NCBI GenBank assembly: GCA_023411715.1
Contig: JAEYOM010000076.1
Location: 12,995 to 76,994, forward strand
DNA: 64,000 nucleotides
Source of the DNA: Bacillota bacterium
Lineage (GTDB): Bacteria; Bacillota; Clostridia; Acetivibrionales; DTU013
Reading direction: 5' to 3'
Shown here: positions 36,333-46,957 of the stretch, piece by piece
How the letters are laid out: the number at the start of each line of letters is the position of its first letter
Numbering within the stretch: the first letter of the stretch is position 1
Translations under genes and position numbers: made by a program
The notes under the pieces: model-generated
The model's input: the letters and a program-made list of their open reading frames with translations, nothing else
What the model was told of the DNA's origin: nothing
Databases searched by the model: none

Positions 36333-37253
36333 TCAATCGTTAAGAACTAGCTTTCCGGTAATATCACCGACACAATGCAAACTGTGTCTTTGCATATATT
36401 TTTCTATACCCTCGCATACTTTTATACAGGCGTCGGGATAAATAAGTGCGGCTGTACCGACCATCACCGCCGAAGCGCCTGCCAGCAGGAATTCCACGGC
36501 GTCGTTTCCGTTCGATATGCCACCCATGCCAATGACCGGTATTTTTACCGCACGGGAGACCTCGTAGACCATTCTGACTGCAACAGGCTTCACCGCCGGA
36601 CCTGATAGCCCGCCGGTATTATTTGCAAGAATCGGACGTCTAGTTTCAATATCTATTGCCATTCCGAGCAGCGTATTTATGAGAGAAAGTGCGTCCGCGC
36701 CCGCATCTTCCGCCGCGACGGCTATTTCGGCTATGTTCCCTGCATTTGGGGTTAGCTTTACGATCAGTGGCTTTGAACAGTTTTTTCTTACCTGCGAAGT
36801 GATCTCACCGATCCCTGAAGAAGAATTGCCGAATGCCACACAGCCGGCTTTTACGTTGGGGCACGAAACATTCAGTTCTATTGCGTCGATATCGGACCCG
36901 GACAGTATCCTCGCCATCTCGCAGTATTCATCTATCGTATTTCCTGCAATATTGGCAATTACAGCTGCGGAATACTGCCGCAAAAAAGGTATCTCATTTT
37001 CTATGAAGGCCCTTACGCCGGGATTCTGCAAACCTACACTGTTAAGCATGCCCGCCGGCGTCTCAACCACTCTCGGCGGTTTGTTGCCCTGGCGCGGTTC
37101 GAGCGTAAGCCCCTTGACACTTATGCCACCCAGCCTGTTCAGATCTATGAAGGCGGAGTGCTCCCTGCCGAAGCCGAACGTTCCCGAAGCTGCGATCACA
37201 GGGTTTTTTAGTTTCAATCCGCCTATTTCTACTGCCATATCCAGAGCTTTCAC
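36333..37253 (-). CDS. pyrD: Dihydroorotate dehydrogenase, class 1B catalytic subunit
   Basis: 306 aa with active-site region ELNVSCPNVKAG; follows pyrK. Confidence 0.93.
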   Translation of the reverse strand: MKALDMAVEIGGLKLKNPVIAASGTFGFGREHSAFIDLNRLGGISVKGLTLEPRQGNKPPRVVETPAGMLNSVGLQNPGVRAFIENEIPFLRQYSAAVIANIAGNTIDEYCEMARILSGSDIDAIELNVSCPNVKAGCVAFGNSSSGIGEITSQVRKNCSKPLIVKLTPNAGNIAEIAVAAEDAGADALSLINTLLGMAIDIETRRPILANNTGGLSGPAVKPVAVRMVYEVSRAVKIPVIGMGGISNGNDAVEFLLAGASAVMVGTAALIYPDACIKVCEGIEKYMQRHSLHCVGDITGKLVLND

Positions 37254-37329
37254 TTCATACCTCCGTACCGGGCGTGTACCCGCCAGTTCAGCACAACACG
37301 CGAGGACTCACCCGAATGATCGATTCATT

Positions 37330-38139
37330 TTACTCAAAAACAACGTCCCTGCCGTTGAATACCGGGCCGTCCTTGCACACATGGCTGTACTGCCAGCCGC
37401 TTTCCTTGCCCTTCTCTCCGCCGCTTTCTGCTGCACGGGTCTTGCAAGCGCATACCAGGCAGGTCCCGAAGCCGCAGCCCATCCTTTGTTCCATAGATAC
37501 CTGGCAGGCCGCTCCATTCTCTTCTGCGATCTGCACCGTTTTTTTCAGCATAGGCATAGGGCCGCATACATAGATCATATCATAATGCTCGGATAACAGG
37601 TCGATTTTTAGCAGGTCGGTCACGAACCCGCGTGTGCCGCAGCTTCCGTCGTCTGTTGCTATCTCTAGCGACACGGAGCTTTCCCTGAACTCTTTTTCCA
37701 GAACGACGAGCTCGGCCGATCTGAAGCCCAGATACGCTCTTCTGACTACCGCCCCGCTCTCTTTCAGTATGAACAGCAGCGGGAATACGCCTATACCCCC
37801 TCCGACAACTGCTATCCTGCCGTACCTGATATCAAGGTCGAAGCTGTTTCCCAGAGGTCCTAAAACATCGAGCTTGTCTCCGGGCTTTTTCTTTGTCAGC
37901 AATTCGGTACCGCGGCCCTTTTTCTGAAAAACAAGATCATAAGTGCCATTCTTTCTGTCTGTGGAACAAATGCTGATTGGCCGCCTCAACAGCGCTTCAT
38001 TGCCTTCGCAGCACTTGATGTTCACAAACTGTCCAGGCTGCGCCAGCGAGGATATATACTCCGACTCGACCTTCATCCTGTATATATCCTCTGCAAGCAG
38101 CTCTGTCTGAAGTACTCTGTTAATCAATTGTTTAGGCAT
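37330..38139 (-). CDS. pyrK: Dihydroorotate dehydrogenase electron-transfer subunit
   Basis: FAD/NAD-binding fold plus C-terminal 2Fe-2S Cys cluster (CGFGTCLVCAC...C). Confidence 0.9.
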   Translation of the reverse strand: MPKQLINRVLQTELLAEDIYRMKVESEYISSLAQPGQFVNIKCCEGNEALLRRPISICSTDRKNGTYDLVFQKKGRGTELLTKKKPGDKLDVLGPLGNSFDLDIRYGRIAVVGGGIGVFPLLFILKESGAVVRRAYLGFRSAELVVLEKEFRESSVSLEIATDDGSCGTRGFVTDLLKIDLLSEHYDMIYVCGPMPMLKKTVQIAEENGAACQVSMEQRMGCGFGTCLVCACKTRAAESGGEKGKESGWQYSHVCKDGPVFNGRDVVFE

Positions 38140-38199
38140 TTTACCCTCCCGTTGGACGTTTTAAAGGAAATTCGCGCCACTGGCGCTAAACGTCCTCCC

Positions 38200-41100
38200 T
38201 CAGCCAAGAGCGCTTAAATCGACAACATCGAAACCTTTGCTTCTTCTCTCCATCTCTATGCAGCTTATTACAGCTTTGGCCGTATCGAGCGAAGTCAGGC
38301 ATGGTATCGACATTTCAACAGTCCTGCGCCTTATCTTGAAGCCGTCCCGCTGGGGCTGGCGGCCTTTTGTAGGCGTGTTTATCACAAGTTTTATGTCTCC
38401 GGAGGAAATCAGATCGAGTATGTTCGGCGAACCCTCGTCCAGCTTTTTGACTGCGTTTGTGGCTATGCCATGCATGTTGAGCATATTTGCCGTCTTTCCT
38501 GTAGCGTACAATACGTATCCGAGCTTTTCGAAACGTTCAGCGATACCGAGCAGTTCGGTCTTATCGGAATCCCTTACCGTCATTAGTATGCCGCCGCCCC
38601 TTTCGGGGAGCTTCATTCCGGATGCGATGATACCTTTATACAGCGCTTCGTGGAAGTCTCTGCTTATACCAAGCACTTCACCGGTAGACTTCATTTCAGG
38701 TCCAAGGCTCGTATCCACGTCGTGCAACTTCTCGAAGGAAAATACCGGCACTTTGATTGCAACATAGTCCGAATTCCTGTAAAGGCCGGTTCCGTATTTG
38801 AAATCGCCCAGTTTTTTGCCCGTCATAAGCTTGGTCGCTATATCCACCATCGGTATCCCGGTGACCTTGCTGATATACGGCACCGTACGGCTGGACCTCG
38901 GGTTTACTTCTATCACGTACAGTTCTTCGTTATAAAGCACATACTGTATGTTTATCAGTCCTATTACATTCAGAGCCTTTGCCAGTTTGAAGGAGCAGTC
39001 GACTATTTTGTCGATCACGGCTTTTTTGAGCGTATTGGCCGGATAGACCGATATGCTGTCGCCCGAGTGAACTCCGGCCCTCTCAAGATGCTCCATTATA
39101 CCCGGTATCAGGATGTCGTCGCCGTCGCATATGGCGTCGACTTCTATTTCCTTGCCCATAAGATATTTGTCTACGAGTATCGGGTGCTCCTGTTTGACCC
39201 GGTTGATGATCTCCATGAATTCGGTTATATCCTTGTCGCTGTAGGCTATTTCCATGCCCTGACCGCCAAGCACGTACGACGGCCGGACAAGCACGGGATA
39301 TATCAGCTCTTTTGCAGTGTTCAGCGCCTGCTCGAGCGTGTAGACCGTCCTTCCCTTTGGACGCGGTATACCTACTTCTTCGAGTATCCTGTCGAACTTT
39401 TCCCTGTCCTCGGCTGCGTCTACATCCTTCGCCTGTGTTCCGAAGATCCTTATACCATAATCGCTCAGCGCATTTACGAGCTTTATCGCCGTCTGACCTC
39501 CGAACTGAACAATAACGCCTTCAGGATTCTCAGTCTCGATAATATTTTCAACATCCTCTATTGTCAGCGGTTCGAAGTAAAGTCTGTCGGATGTGTCAAA
39601 GTCTGTGCTGACCGTTTCCGGGTTATTGTTTGCAATGATGGTTTCGTAGCCCTGCTCTTTCAGAGCCCAGACCGAGTGTACCGAACAGTAGTCGAATTCT
39701 ATGCCCTGGCCTATCCTGATAGGGCCGGAGCCTATAACTAATACTTTCTTTCTGTCACTCTTCCTGACCTCGCTGAACTGGTCGTAAGTGGAGTAATAAT
39801 ATGGTGAAACGGCTTCGAATTCGGCTGCGCAGGTATCGACCATCTTGTAGGCCGCATTTATGCCGTACTCCTTTCTCAGCTGCTTTATCGATTTTCTGTC
39901 GCTGCCTGTATACTTTGCGATGACGATGTCGGGGAAACCCATTTTCTTGGTTTTTCTGAGCAATTCCGGAGTCAGCGTCTCTCTAGTAAAGCCTTTGAGC
40001 TTCTCCTCCATCATGACAAGTTCCTTTATTTTTGAGAGGAAAAAGTCGTCTATTTTTGTTATTCCGTTTATTTCTTCGATTTCAATGCCTCTTCGTAATG
40101 CCTCGGCTATTACAAACAGGCGCTCGTCGTTTATATCTCGAAGCTTTTTTCTGATTGCCCCGGTATCCAGCGACTTGTAAATATCCTGTTCAAGTGTGTT
40201 TATATTGAGCTCCAGCGAACGTATCGCCTTCATTAGCGCAGCCTCAAAGGAACTGCTGATGGACATTACTTCCCCTGTCGCCTTCATCTGCGTGCCGAGG
40301 GTCCTTTCGGCCTTTACAAACTTGTCGAAGGGCCATTTCGGGATCTTCACCACAACGTAATCGAGCGTCGGCTCAAAGCATGCGTATGTCTTACCAGTTA
40401 CGGCGTTCCTGATCTCATCTAGTCCGTAGCCTATCGCTATCTTGGTCGCAACCTTCGCTATCGGATAACCCGTTGCCTTCGATGCCAGCGCCGACGAACG
40501 GCTTACTCTCGGATTCACTTCGATGACCGCATATTCATAGCTCGTAGGATGCAGTGCGAACTGAACGTTGCAGCCCCCCTGTATCCCGAGCGCCGATATG
40601 ATCTTTAGCGACGCGGTTCTGAGCATCTGGTATTCCTTGTCCGATAAAGTCTGAGAGGGCGCAACGACGATGCTGTCACCCGTATGAACACCGACAGGAT
40701 CTATGTTTTCCATATTGCAGACAGTGATGACATTGCCTTTCCCATCGCGCATCACTTCATACTCTATTTCCTTCCAGCCCGCTATGCATTTTTCAATGAG
40801 CGCCTGGCCGACCCTGCTGAGCCGCAGCCCGTTCGTAGCTATTTCGGTCAGCTGGTCCCTGTCCGCTGCGATTCCGCCTCCGGTACCGCCGAGAGTATAT
40901 GCCGGCCTGACGATGACCGGATATCCTATTTCCTCCGCGAAAGCCAATGCATCCTCCACTGCTTTAACAACCTTGCTCACTATACAGGGCTCTCCTATGC
41001 TTTCCAACGTATCCTTGAAAGCCTGCCTGTCTTCGGCCATCTTTATTGCCTCGGTTGCCGTTCCCAGCAGCTTCACACCCTGCTCTTCGAGAAAGCCTGA

Positions 41101-41412
41101 TTCCGCCAGTTCCATTGCCAGGTTCAGACCTGTCTGGCCTCCGAGAGTCGGCAGAAGGCTGTCCGGCTTTTCCCTGATTATGATCTTCTTCACTGTTTCC
41201 GCGTTCAGCGGTTCTATATAAACTTTATCCGCTATATTCGTGTCTGTCATTATCGTCGCAGGATTGCTGTTGACAAGCACGACTTCCACGCCTTCCTCAC
41301 GAAGCGCCTGGCAAGCCTGAGTGCCGGCATAGTCGAATTCTGCCGCCTGACCTATTATGATCGGTCCGGAACCAATGACCATTACTTTACTGACATCATT
41401 ACGTCTTGGCAT
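38200..41412 (-). CDS. carB: Carbamoyl-phosphate synthase large subunit
   Basis: 1070 aa with duplicated ATP-grasp halves and an MGS-like C-terminus. Confidence 0.97.
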   Translation of the reverse strand: MPRRNDVSKVMVIGSGPIIIGQAAEFDYAGTQACQALREEGVEVVLVNSNPATIMTDTNIADKVYIEPLNAETVKKIIIREKPDSLLPTLGGQTGLNLAMELAESGFLEEQGVKLLGTATEAIKMAEDRQAFKDTLESIGEPCIVSKVVKAVEDALAFAEEIGYPVIVRPAYTLGGTGGGIAADRDQLTEIATNGLRLSRVGQALIEKCIAGWKEIEYEVMRDGKGNVITVCNMENIDPVGVHTGDSIVVAPSQTLSDKEYQMLRTASLKIISALGIQGGCNVQFALHPTSYEYAVIEVNPRVSRSSALASKATGYPIAKVATKIAIGYGLDEIRNAVTGKTYACFEPTLDYVVVKIPKWPFDKFVKAERTLGTQMKATGEVMSISSSFEAALMKAIRSLELNINTLEQDIYKSLDTGAIRKKLRDINDERLFVIAEALRRGIEIEEINGITKIDDFFLSKIKELVMMEEKLKGFTRETLTPELLRKTKKMGFPDIVIAKYTGSDRKSIKQLRKEYGINAAYKMVDTCAAEFEAVSPYYYSTYDQFSEVRKSDRKKVLVIGSGPIRIGQGIEFDYCSVHSVWALKEQGYETIIANNNPETVSTDFDTSDRLYFEPLTIEDVENIIETENPEGVIVQFGGQTAIKLVNALSDYGIRIFGTQAKDVDAAEDREKFDRILEEVGIPRPKGRTVYTLEQALNTAKELIYPVLVRPSYVLGGQGMEIAYSDKDITEFMEIINRVKQEHPILVDKYLMGKEIEVDAICDGDDILIPGIMEHLERAGVHSGDSISVYPANTLKKAVIDKIVDCSFKLAKALNVIGLINIQYVLYNEELYVIEVNPRSSRTVPYISKVTGIPMVDIATKLMTGKKLGDFKYGTGLYRNSDYVAIKVPVFSFEKLHDVDTSLGPEMKSTGEVLGISRDFHEALYKGIIASGMKLPERGGGILMTVRDSDKTELLGIAERFEKLGYVLYATGKTANMLNMHGIATNAVKKLDEGSPNILDLISSGDIKLVINTPTKGRQPQRDGFKIRRRTVEMSIPCLTSLDTAKAVISCIEMERRSKGFDVVDLSALG

Positions 41413-42490
41413 GCTTAACCCCTTTCCAATCCTCCATCATTCCGATAAACCGGTCGAACAGATAGGCCGTATCAGCCGGCCCCGGTGAAGCCTCAGGATG
41501 GAACTGTACCGTAAACATGGGTACGTTTAGGTATCTTACGCCTTCGACCGTACCGTCGTTCATATTCCTGTGGCTGACCTTCATGCATGTTTTGTCGAGT
41601 CTGTCCTCAATTATCGTATATCCGTGGTTCTGCGACGTTATATAGGTAAGGTCTCTTTCAATATCCTTTACCGGGTGGTTGCAGCCCCTGTGACCATATT
41701 TCAGCTTTTCAGTATCGCCGCCCATGGCAAGCGCAGTCAACTGATGCCCCAGACATATCCCGAAGATCGGCTTTTTACCAATAAGTTCCCTCAATGTTTT
41801 TATCTGTTGTCCGCAGTCCTTGGGGTCTCCCGGGCCGTTCGACAGCATTATCCCGTCGGGTTCTACGGCCAGGAGCTCCTCTGAGGTCACCGGGGCGGGG
41901 AACTGGAACACTTCGCAGTTTCTTCTTAGCAGCGACCGGACTATGTTGAGCTTGATACCGTAGTCTATCAGCGCCACTCTCGGGCCGGTGCCATCGTGAT
42001 GTATCATATTCTTTACGGTTACTTGTTCAACCGGGTGCTCCACACTGTACTCCCTGATCTGTTCGAGCCTGCTTTTCAGGCTGAAACCGGAATCGGTCGA
42101 GATTATGCCCTTCATAGTGCCTTTATCGCGAAGTATCCTGGTCAGAGCCCTCGTATCAATACCTTCTATTCCTATTATCCCGTTCCTGCCGAGGTATTCG
42201 CTCAGCGTTTCGAGCGATCTCCAGTTGTTCGGCGTCTTGCACATCTCCCTGACTACGAAGCCCTTGACCTGCGGCCTTGCGGATTCGATATCCTCAAGGT
42301 TAACTCCATAATTGCCTATAAGAGGGTATGTCATTGTAACAATCTGTCCGTAGTAGGACGGATCGGTCAAAACCTCCTGATAGCCTGTCATTCCCGTATT
42401 GAAAACAAATTCACCGATCACTTCACCAGAAGCTCCGAAGCTGCTGCCTTCGAGGATCGTACCATCTTCAAGCGCCAAATATGCCTTCAT
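41399..42490 (-). CDS. carA: Carbamoyl-phosphate synthase small subunit
   Basis: GATase-1 motif [12 protein letters not shown] 42490 ([10 protein letters not shown]) behind CAGGGG. Overlaps carB by 14 nt. Confidence 0.95.
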   Translation of the reverse strand: MKAYLALEDGTILEGSSFGASGEVIGEFVFNTGMTGYQEVLTDPSYYGQIVTMTYPLIGNYGVNLEDIESARPQVKGFVVREMCKTPNNWRSLETLSEYLGRNGIIGIEGIDTRALTRILRDKGTMKGIISTDSGFSLKSRLEQIREYSVEHPVEQVTVKNMIHHDGTGPRVALIDYGIKLNIVRSLLRRNCEVFQFPAPVTSEELLAVEPDGIMLSNGPGDPKDCGQQIKTLRELIGKKPIFGICLGHQLTALAMGGDTEKLKYGHRGCNHPVKDIERDLTYITSQNHGYTIIEDRLDKTCMKVSHRNMNDGTVEGVRYLNVPMFTVQFHPEASPGPADTAYLFDRFIGMMEDWKGVKHAKT

Positions 42491-42586
42491 TGTGATCACC
42501 CCTGTCTATATAAACTGCTGCTTTTCTGCTGCTTTTCCGCTATCTTTCATGCTTTCCTGATCCGGGTTTTAATTGCCGCCATCATT

Positions 42587-43540
42587 TTACACGTTCTTTT
42601 CAAGCGCTTCGCATATCTCGTCCCTCATCCTTATCGCTTCCGCTCTTGCAGCCATGTCAAATGCTTCTTCTCCGTATTTATCCGACCATTTTTCCGATTT
42701 CCACGCGCACATGATGCTGCGCGATGCGTTTACTATCGCCCCGAGGCCGTCGCTGTTGAAGGAATTCACCACATCTTTCGCCATACCGCCCTGTGCTCCG
42801 TATCCGGGAACCAGTATATACGCTCTCTTCATTACTTCCCTCAGTACCCTGGCCTGTTCCGGCCAGGTAGCACCCACTACCGCACCGACGCTGCTGTAGC
42901 CCGACTCCCCGATGATTCCGCTTCCCCATTCGTCGACGAGTCCTGCCACTTTTTCGTATACTCGCCTGCCATCCTCAAGCACAAGGTCCTGAAACTGCCC
43001 TGATGATTTATTCGAGGTTTTTACAAGTACGAATATCCCTTTGCCGTATTTTGAACAGTTGTCTGTGAAAGGCTTTATTCCGTCAACACCCAGATAAGGA
43101 TTCACAGTCAGAGCATCGGCGTCGAAAGCGGTATATTCGCCGTCCGCTATCTTCGTCCTGCCAAGGAACGCTGCAGAGTAAGCTTCTGCAGTCGTACCTA
43201 TGTCGTTTCTCTTCCCGTCCGCGATAACGAGCAGCCCTTTCAATCTCGCATACGAGCAGGTTTCATGAAACGCCCTGATTCCTTCAAGGCCATACATTTC
43301 ATAATACGCAAGCTGTGGTTTTACGGCAGGTACGATACCGCAGACAGCATCTATCAATTTTTTATTGAAGCTTGTGATTGCCGCAGCAGCGCCAGAAAAA
43401 CCGATTCCATATTCTTTGAATGCCTTTTCCCTGATAACTGCCGGCACATACTCGAGTTTAGGGTCGAGACCAACCACTGTGGGATTGCCGCACTTCCTTA
43501 TGCCCTCTATGAGCTTGTCGATAAACATTTTTTCCGCCAT
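42587..43540 (-). CDS. pyrF: Orotidine 5'-phosphate decarboxylase (long, type 2)
   Basis: 317 aa; VVGLDP, KPQLAYYE and DGKRNDIG motifs of the long PyrF type. Confidence 0.88.
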   Translation of the reverse strand: MAEKMFIDKLIEGIRKCGNPTVVGLDPKLEYVPAVIREKAFKEYGIGFSGAAAAITSFNKKLIDAVCGIVPAVKPQLAYYEMYGLEGIRAFHETCSYARLKGLLVIADGKRNDIGTTAEAYSAAFLGRTKIADGEYTAFDADALTVNPYLGVDGIKPFTDNCSKYGKGIFVLVKTSNKSSGQFQDLVLEDGRRVYEKVAGLVDEWGSGIIGESGYSSVGAVVGATWPEQARVLREVMKRAYILVPGYGAQGGMAKDVVNSFNSDGLGAIVNASRSIMCAWKSEKWSDKYGEEAFDMAARAEAIRMRDEICEALEKNV

Positions 43541-43591
43541 TTCCGTCCTCCATTATCTATTTACCTTTATTACAAGCTGGACGGTATCTTA

Positions 43592-43764
43592 TTCTTCCTG
43601 CCTCTTCCCGTCCTGCTTTTTCCCGCCATGCCTCTTCCCGCGCTGCTACTTTCCGTCCTGCTACTTTCCGTCCTGCTACTTTCCGTCCTGCATCTTCCCG
43701 TCCTGCATCTTCCTATACTGCTCTTCCTGTCCTGCTTTTTCCCGTTCTGCCTCTTTCCGAGCAG
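43592..43764 (-). repeat. 15-nt tandem array, about 11.5 units, in the pyrC-pyrF spacer
   Basis: Plus-strand units end in ctg every 15 nt (43601-43615 ... 43750-43764). Three are identical, ctactttccgtcctg (43646-43690). The mRNA-sense unit is CAGGACGGAAAGUAG. Confidence 0.92.
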
Positions 43765-43779
43765 TACAGTCTCCCTGCC

Positions 43780-45066
43780 TTACAGCATAATTCTGTCGCT
43801 TACTATTACCCTGCCGTTCACAATGGTTCCCCAGACGGAGCCGCACAGCTTCGTACCGTCGAACGGAGAATTTTTTGACTTCGACTGGAATTTTAAAACA
43901 TCTACCGTAAACTCGTCTTCAAGATCTGCGATCGTGATGTCTGCAGAGCTGCCGACCTCAAGCGTGCCCTTGCTAATACTGAGTATCTTCGACGGATTGA
44001 GGCTCATTTTCTCCACCAGCTTTGAAATACTGATTATCCCCGGTTTGACAAGGTTCGTCAGCGCAAGCGGCAGCGCCGTTTCAAAGCCTACCAGCCCATT
44101 TGCCGCAAGGCTGAATTCGACTGCCTTTTCATCACTATGATGCGGTGCGTGATCCGTTGCGATTATATCTATCGTATCGTCGGCTATGCCCGCAATGATC
44201 GCCTTTACGTCTTCTGCCGATCTAAGCGGCGGATTGACCTTGGCATTTGTATTGTAGCCTTCGCAGGCATTCTCCGTCAGTGAGAAATAATGCGGGCAGG
44301 TCTCGCATGTGACCTTTACGCCGCGTTTTTTGGCGTTCCTTATCAGTTCCACCGACAATGCCGTGCTTACATGCGCGATATGGATCGGGACGCCTGTATA
44401 TTCAGACAGGATCAGCTCCCGTGCTACCATCGTTTCCTCCGCAGCCGAAGGTATTCCCTTGAGGCCCATTATAGTCGAAATGTAGCCCTCATTCATGACG
44501 CCTTCCTCAGCCAGGTCCAGATCCTCGCAGTGAGAGATCACTGTTATGTCAAACATCGAAGCATACTGAAGCGCTTTTTTCATCAGCGACGAACTCCTGA
44601 CCGGCTTTCCGTCATCCGAAATCGCTACGGCTCCTGCGAATTTCAGCTCGCCTATCTCCGCGAGTTCTTCGCCCTTCTGACCTTTCGATATGGCGCCTAT
44701 CGGGTATACGTTCACGTAACCTTCCTGTTTCGCCTTGTTGATGATATATTTTATAACGGCTTCGTTGTCCGCCACAGGATTCGTGTTGGGCATGCAGGCT
44801 ACTGAGGTGAAGCCTCCCATCGCTGCGCTTCTTGTGCCGCTCTCTATGTCTTCCTTATACTCAAAGCCCGGGTCCCTCAGGTGGCAGTGCGCATCGACAA
44901 GTCCCGGGAGCACATGTTTCCCTTTTGCGTCTATGACCTCGCAGCCTTCTTCATCCAGGCCCTTCGCTATTTCCGCTATTTTGCCGTCTACGGCAAGCAG
45001 ATCGTATACCCCGTCTGTCCCTGTTTTTACATCAACTATGTGTCCGTTTCTAATTAGCAGCTTCAT
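43780..45066 (-). CDS. pyrC: Dihydroorotase
   Basis: 428 aa with metal-binding [10 protein letters not shown]; amidohydrolase fold. Confidence 0.94.
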   Translation of the reverse strand: MKLLIRNGHIVDVKTGTDGVYDLLAVDGKIAEIAKGLDEEGCEVIDAKGKHVLPGLVDAHCHLRDPGFEYKEDIESGTRSAAMGGFTSVACMPNTNPVADNEAVIKYIINKAKQEGYVNVYPIGAISKGQKGEELAEIGELKFAGAVAISDDGKPVRSSSLMKKALQYASMFDITVISHCEDLDLAEEGVMNEGYISTIMGLKGIPSAAEETMVARELILSEYTGVPIHIAHVSTALSVELIRNAKKRGVKVTCETCPHYFSLTENACEGYNTNAKVNPPLRSAEDVKAIIAGIADDTIDIIATDHAPHHSDEKAVEFSLAANGLVGFETALPLALTNLVKPGIISISKLVEKMSLNPSKILSISKGTLEVGSSADITIADLEDEFTVDVLKFQSKSKNSPFDGTKLCGSVWGTIVNGRVIVSDRIML

Positions 45067-45988
45067 TACTATTCCTCCTGGTCAAAAGATACAGCAGCGC
45101 CATTCTGATCGCTACGCCGTTCGTTACCTGCTCTTCTATCGCAGAGTTCTCATCGCCCGCAACCGCGCTCGTAAGCTCGACTCCGCGGTTTATCGGGCCG
45201 GGGTGCATGATCAGCGCGTCCTTTTTGGCGAGCTGCAGGCGATTGTCATCAAGCCCGAAGAATCTGGAGTATTCTCTGACTGTCGGAAACAGCGCCTTTT
45301 TCTGTCTTTCAAGTTGCAGCCTCAAAGCCACTACTACGTCTGCATCGATAAGCGCTTCATGTATGGTATTGAAAACCTTGGCGCCTGTAAGTTCGATATC
45401 CGGAGGCATCAATGTCGCAGGTCCCGCCAGCGAAACCTCCGCGCCCATTTTCGTAAGTCCCCATATATTGCTCCTGGCGACCCGGCTGTGGTAGATATCT
45501 CCCAATATGGCGACTTTAAGGCCCTTCAAGGTGCCTTTTTTCTCTCTCATCGTGAACATATCCAGGAGTGCCTGCGTCGGGTGTTCGTTCATCCCATCCC
45601 CTGCATTGATGACGCTGGCTTTTACATTCCGGGCAAGGAGATGGGGCGCACCGGACTGCGGATGCCTGATAATTATTACGTCGGTCCCCATCCTGTCGAT
45701 CGTCCTGCCGGTGTCGATCAGCGTCTCGCCCTTCGAAACGCTGCTTGCTGATGCCGAAATGTTGGCCGCGCTCGCGCTCATGTATTTGGATGCAAGCTCG
45801 AAGGAAAGTCGCGTCCTCGTGCTGTTTTCGTAAAACAGCGTGATTATCGATTTGCCCTGTAGGTGAGGGGTCTTTTTACTGTTTGACAGAACTACATATT
45901 TCATGGCTTTGGCTGTATCCAGAATATATTCTATTTCCTCAGCGGAAACATCTTTGAGCCCAAGCATATCTTTCGATTTAAGATTCAT
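45050..45988 (-). CDS. pyrB: Aspartate carbamoyltransferase catalytic subunit
   Basis: [11 protein letters not shown] and [10 protein letters not shown] motifs. Start set to ATG 45988 ([10 protein letters not shown]). Confidence 0.94.
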   Translation of the reverse strand: MNLKSKDMLGLKDVSAEEIEYILDTAKAMKYVVLSNSKKTPHLQGKSIITLFYENSTRTRLSFELASKYMSASAANISASASSVSKGETLIDTGRTIDRMGTDVIIIRHPQSGAPHLLARNVKASVINAGDGMNEHPTQALLDMFTMREKKGTLKGLKVAILGDIYHSRVARSNIWGLTKMGAEVSLAGPATLMPPDIELTGAKVFNTIHEALIDADVVVALRLQLERQKKALFPTVREYSRFFGLDDNRLQLAKKDALIMHPGPINRGVELTSAVAGDENSAIEEQVTNGVAIRMALLYLLTRRNSNEAAN

Positions 45989-46032
45989 AAACATACCGCC
46001 TTCCAATCCTGCTTAAAATTTAACTCTTCCTA

Positions 46033-46062
46033 TAAAAAAAGAGTAAGGACAAGTCCCTACTC
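46033..46062 (-). terminator. Hairpin plus U-tract between pyrR and pyrB (second attenuator candidate)
   Basis: Minus strand AGTAGGGAC-TT-GTCCTTACT followed by CTTTTTTT, beginning at the pyrR stop codon. Confidence 0.55.
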
Positions 46063-46615
46063 AATACTTCATGCCAACTTCCATGTCACTTAAAGTAACA
46101 ACATTCACTTTGTCTATATCAAAAAGTTTGACATTTACGACCTCCGATTTGGATGTCGGGACATTTTTGCCTACATAATCCGCTCTGATGGGAAGCTCCC
46201 TGTGTCCCCTGTCTATGAGGATCGCAAGCTGTATCATCCGCGGCCTTCCAATGTCCATTATGGCGTCTATCGCCGAACGTACGGTACGGCCCGTGTAGAT
46301 GACATCGTCCACAAGTACGATCACCTTATCCGTTACAGGAAAGTTGATCTCGGTTCCGTTGACGACCGGATGCTCCGAAAGCATGCTAAGATCATCGCGA
46401 TAGAAGGTGATATCCAGTATTCCGACCGGTACTTCCGTTCCCTCCACCTCGAGTATTTTCGAAGCGATCAGCTTGGCAAGCGGCACGCCCCTTCTCTGAA
46501 TCCCGATAAGATATACATTGTCGACACCCTTGTTCTTCTCGATTATCTCATGTGCGATCCTCGTGACGGCTCTCATGATCCCGCTTTCATCCATTATTTC
46601 AGCCTTGTCGATCAT
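46061..46615 (-). CDS. pyrR: Bifunctional pyr mRNA-binding attenuator / uracil phosphoribosyltransferase PyrR
   Basis: 184 aa with PRT motif [14 protein letters not shown]; first gene of the pyr operon. Confidence 0.94.
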   Translation of the reverse strand: MIDKAEIMDESGIMRAVTRIAHEIIEKNKGVDNVYLIGIQRRGVPLAKLIASKILEVEGTEVPVGILDITFYRDDLSMLSEHPVVNGTEINFPVTDKVIVLVDDVIYTGRTVRSAIDAIMDIGRPRMIQLAILIDRGHRELPIRADYVGKNVPTSKSEVVNVKLFDIDKVNVVTLSDMEVGMKY

Positions 46616-46708
46616 ACCCGGGACCTCCCTTCGGTATTATATCCAGGATTATTGCTCCGGCATATAATCTACATCATTTTGCCGCGAGCAATTTAACTAC
46701 TGCTCCAT

Positions 46709-46812
46709 AAAATCAGAAAAGCTTCCTGCCCTAAGGCAGGAAGCATAATCATCATAGGTATGAAACCTGTAATATACGCTAATGAATGTTACCCTTCCAG
46801 CCTCTCGGGACT
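46709..46812 (-). promoter_or_regulatory. PyrR-dependent attenuator in the pyr leader
   Basis: Minus strand AGUCCCGAGAGGCU (within 46812-46792) differs at one position from the PyrR binding-loop consensus ARUCCAGAGAGGYU. The terminator GCTTCCTGCC-ttag-GGCAGGAAGC plus TTTTCTGATTTT lies at 46744-46709. Confidence 0.8.
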
Positions 46813-46880
46813 AATTAAAAGGTTATTTTTAATTTAATTTATATTACCATAACACAAATTGCTTGTCTATAGGATAATAC

Positions 46881-46922
46881 AAAAAACACCTTAATATCTA
46901 TTACGTTCTTAAGGTGTTTTTT
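46881..46922. terminator. Bidirectional terminator after the MCP gene
   Basis: AAAAAACACCTTA-16 nt-TAAGGTGTTTTTT. Confidence 0.65.
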
Positions 46923-46957
46923 GTATTATGGTCAATCAGGTTTTGTTCCTGCCTCTT

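Noticed and set aside
43541-43779. Stop-codon read-through extension of pyrC (58 in-frame sense codons after TAA), or mini-ORFs (MQDGKMQDGK, MAGKSRTGRGRKNKIPSSL) in the spacer.
   Set aside because: The mRNA strand is purine-rich and almost U-free, so open frames are expected by composition. The peptides are low-complexity, and SD spacing for the ATGs is poor or the ORFs are 5-19 aa. There is no independent support.
46061-46200. A second PyrR binding loop inside the 3' end of pyrR, ahead of the 46033-46062 terminator.
   Set aside because: I could not find a convincing ARUCCAGAGAGGYU-like sequence on the minus strand there. Only the hairpin plus U-tract is reported, as a candidate.
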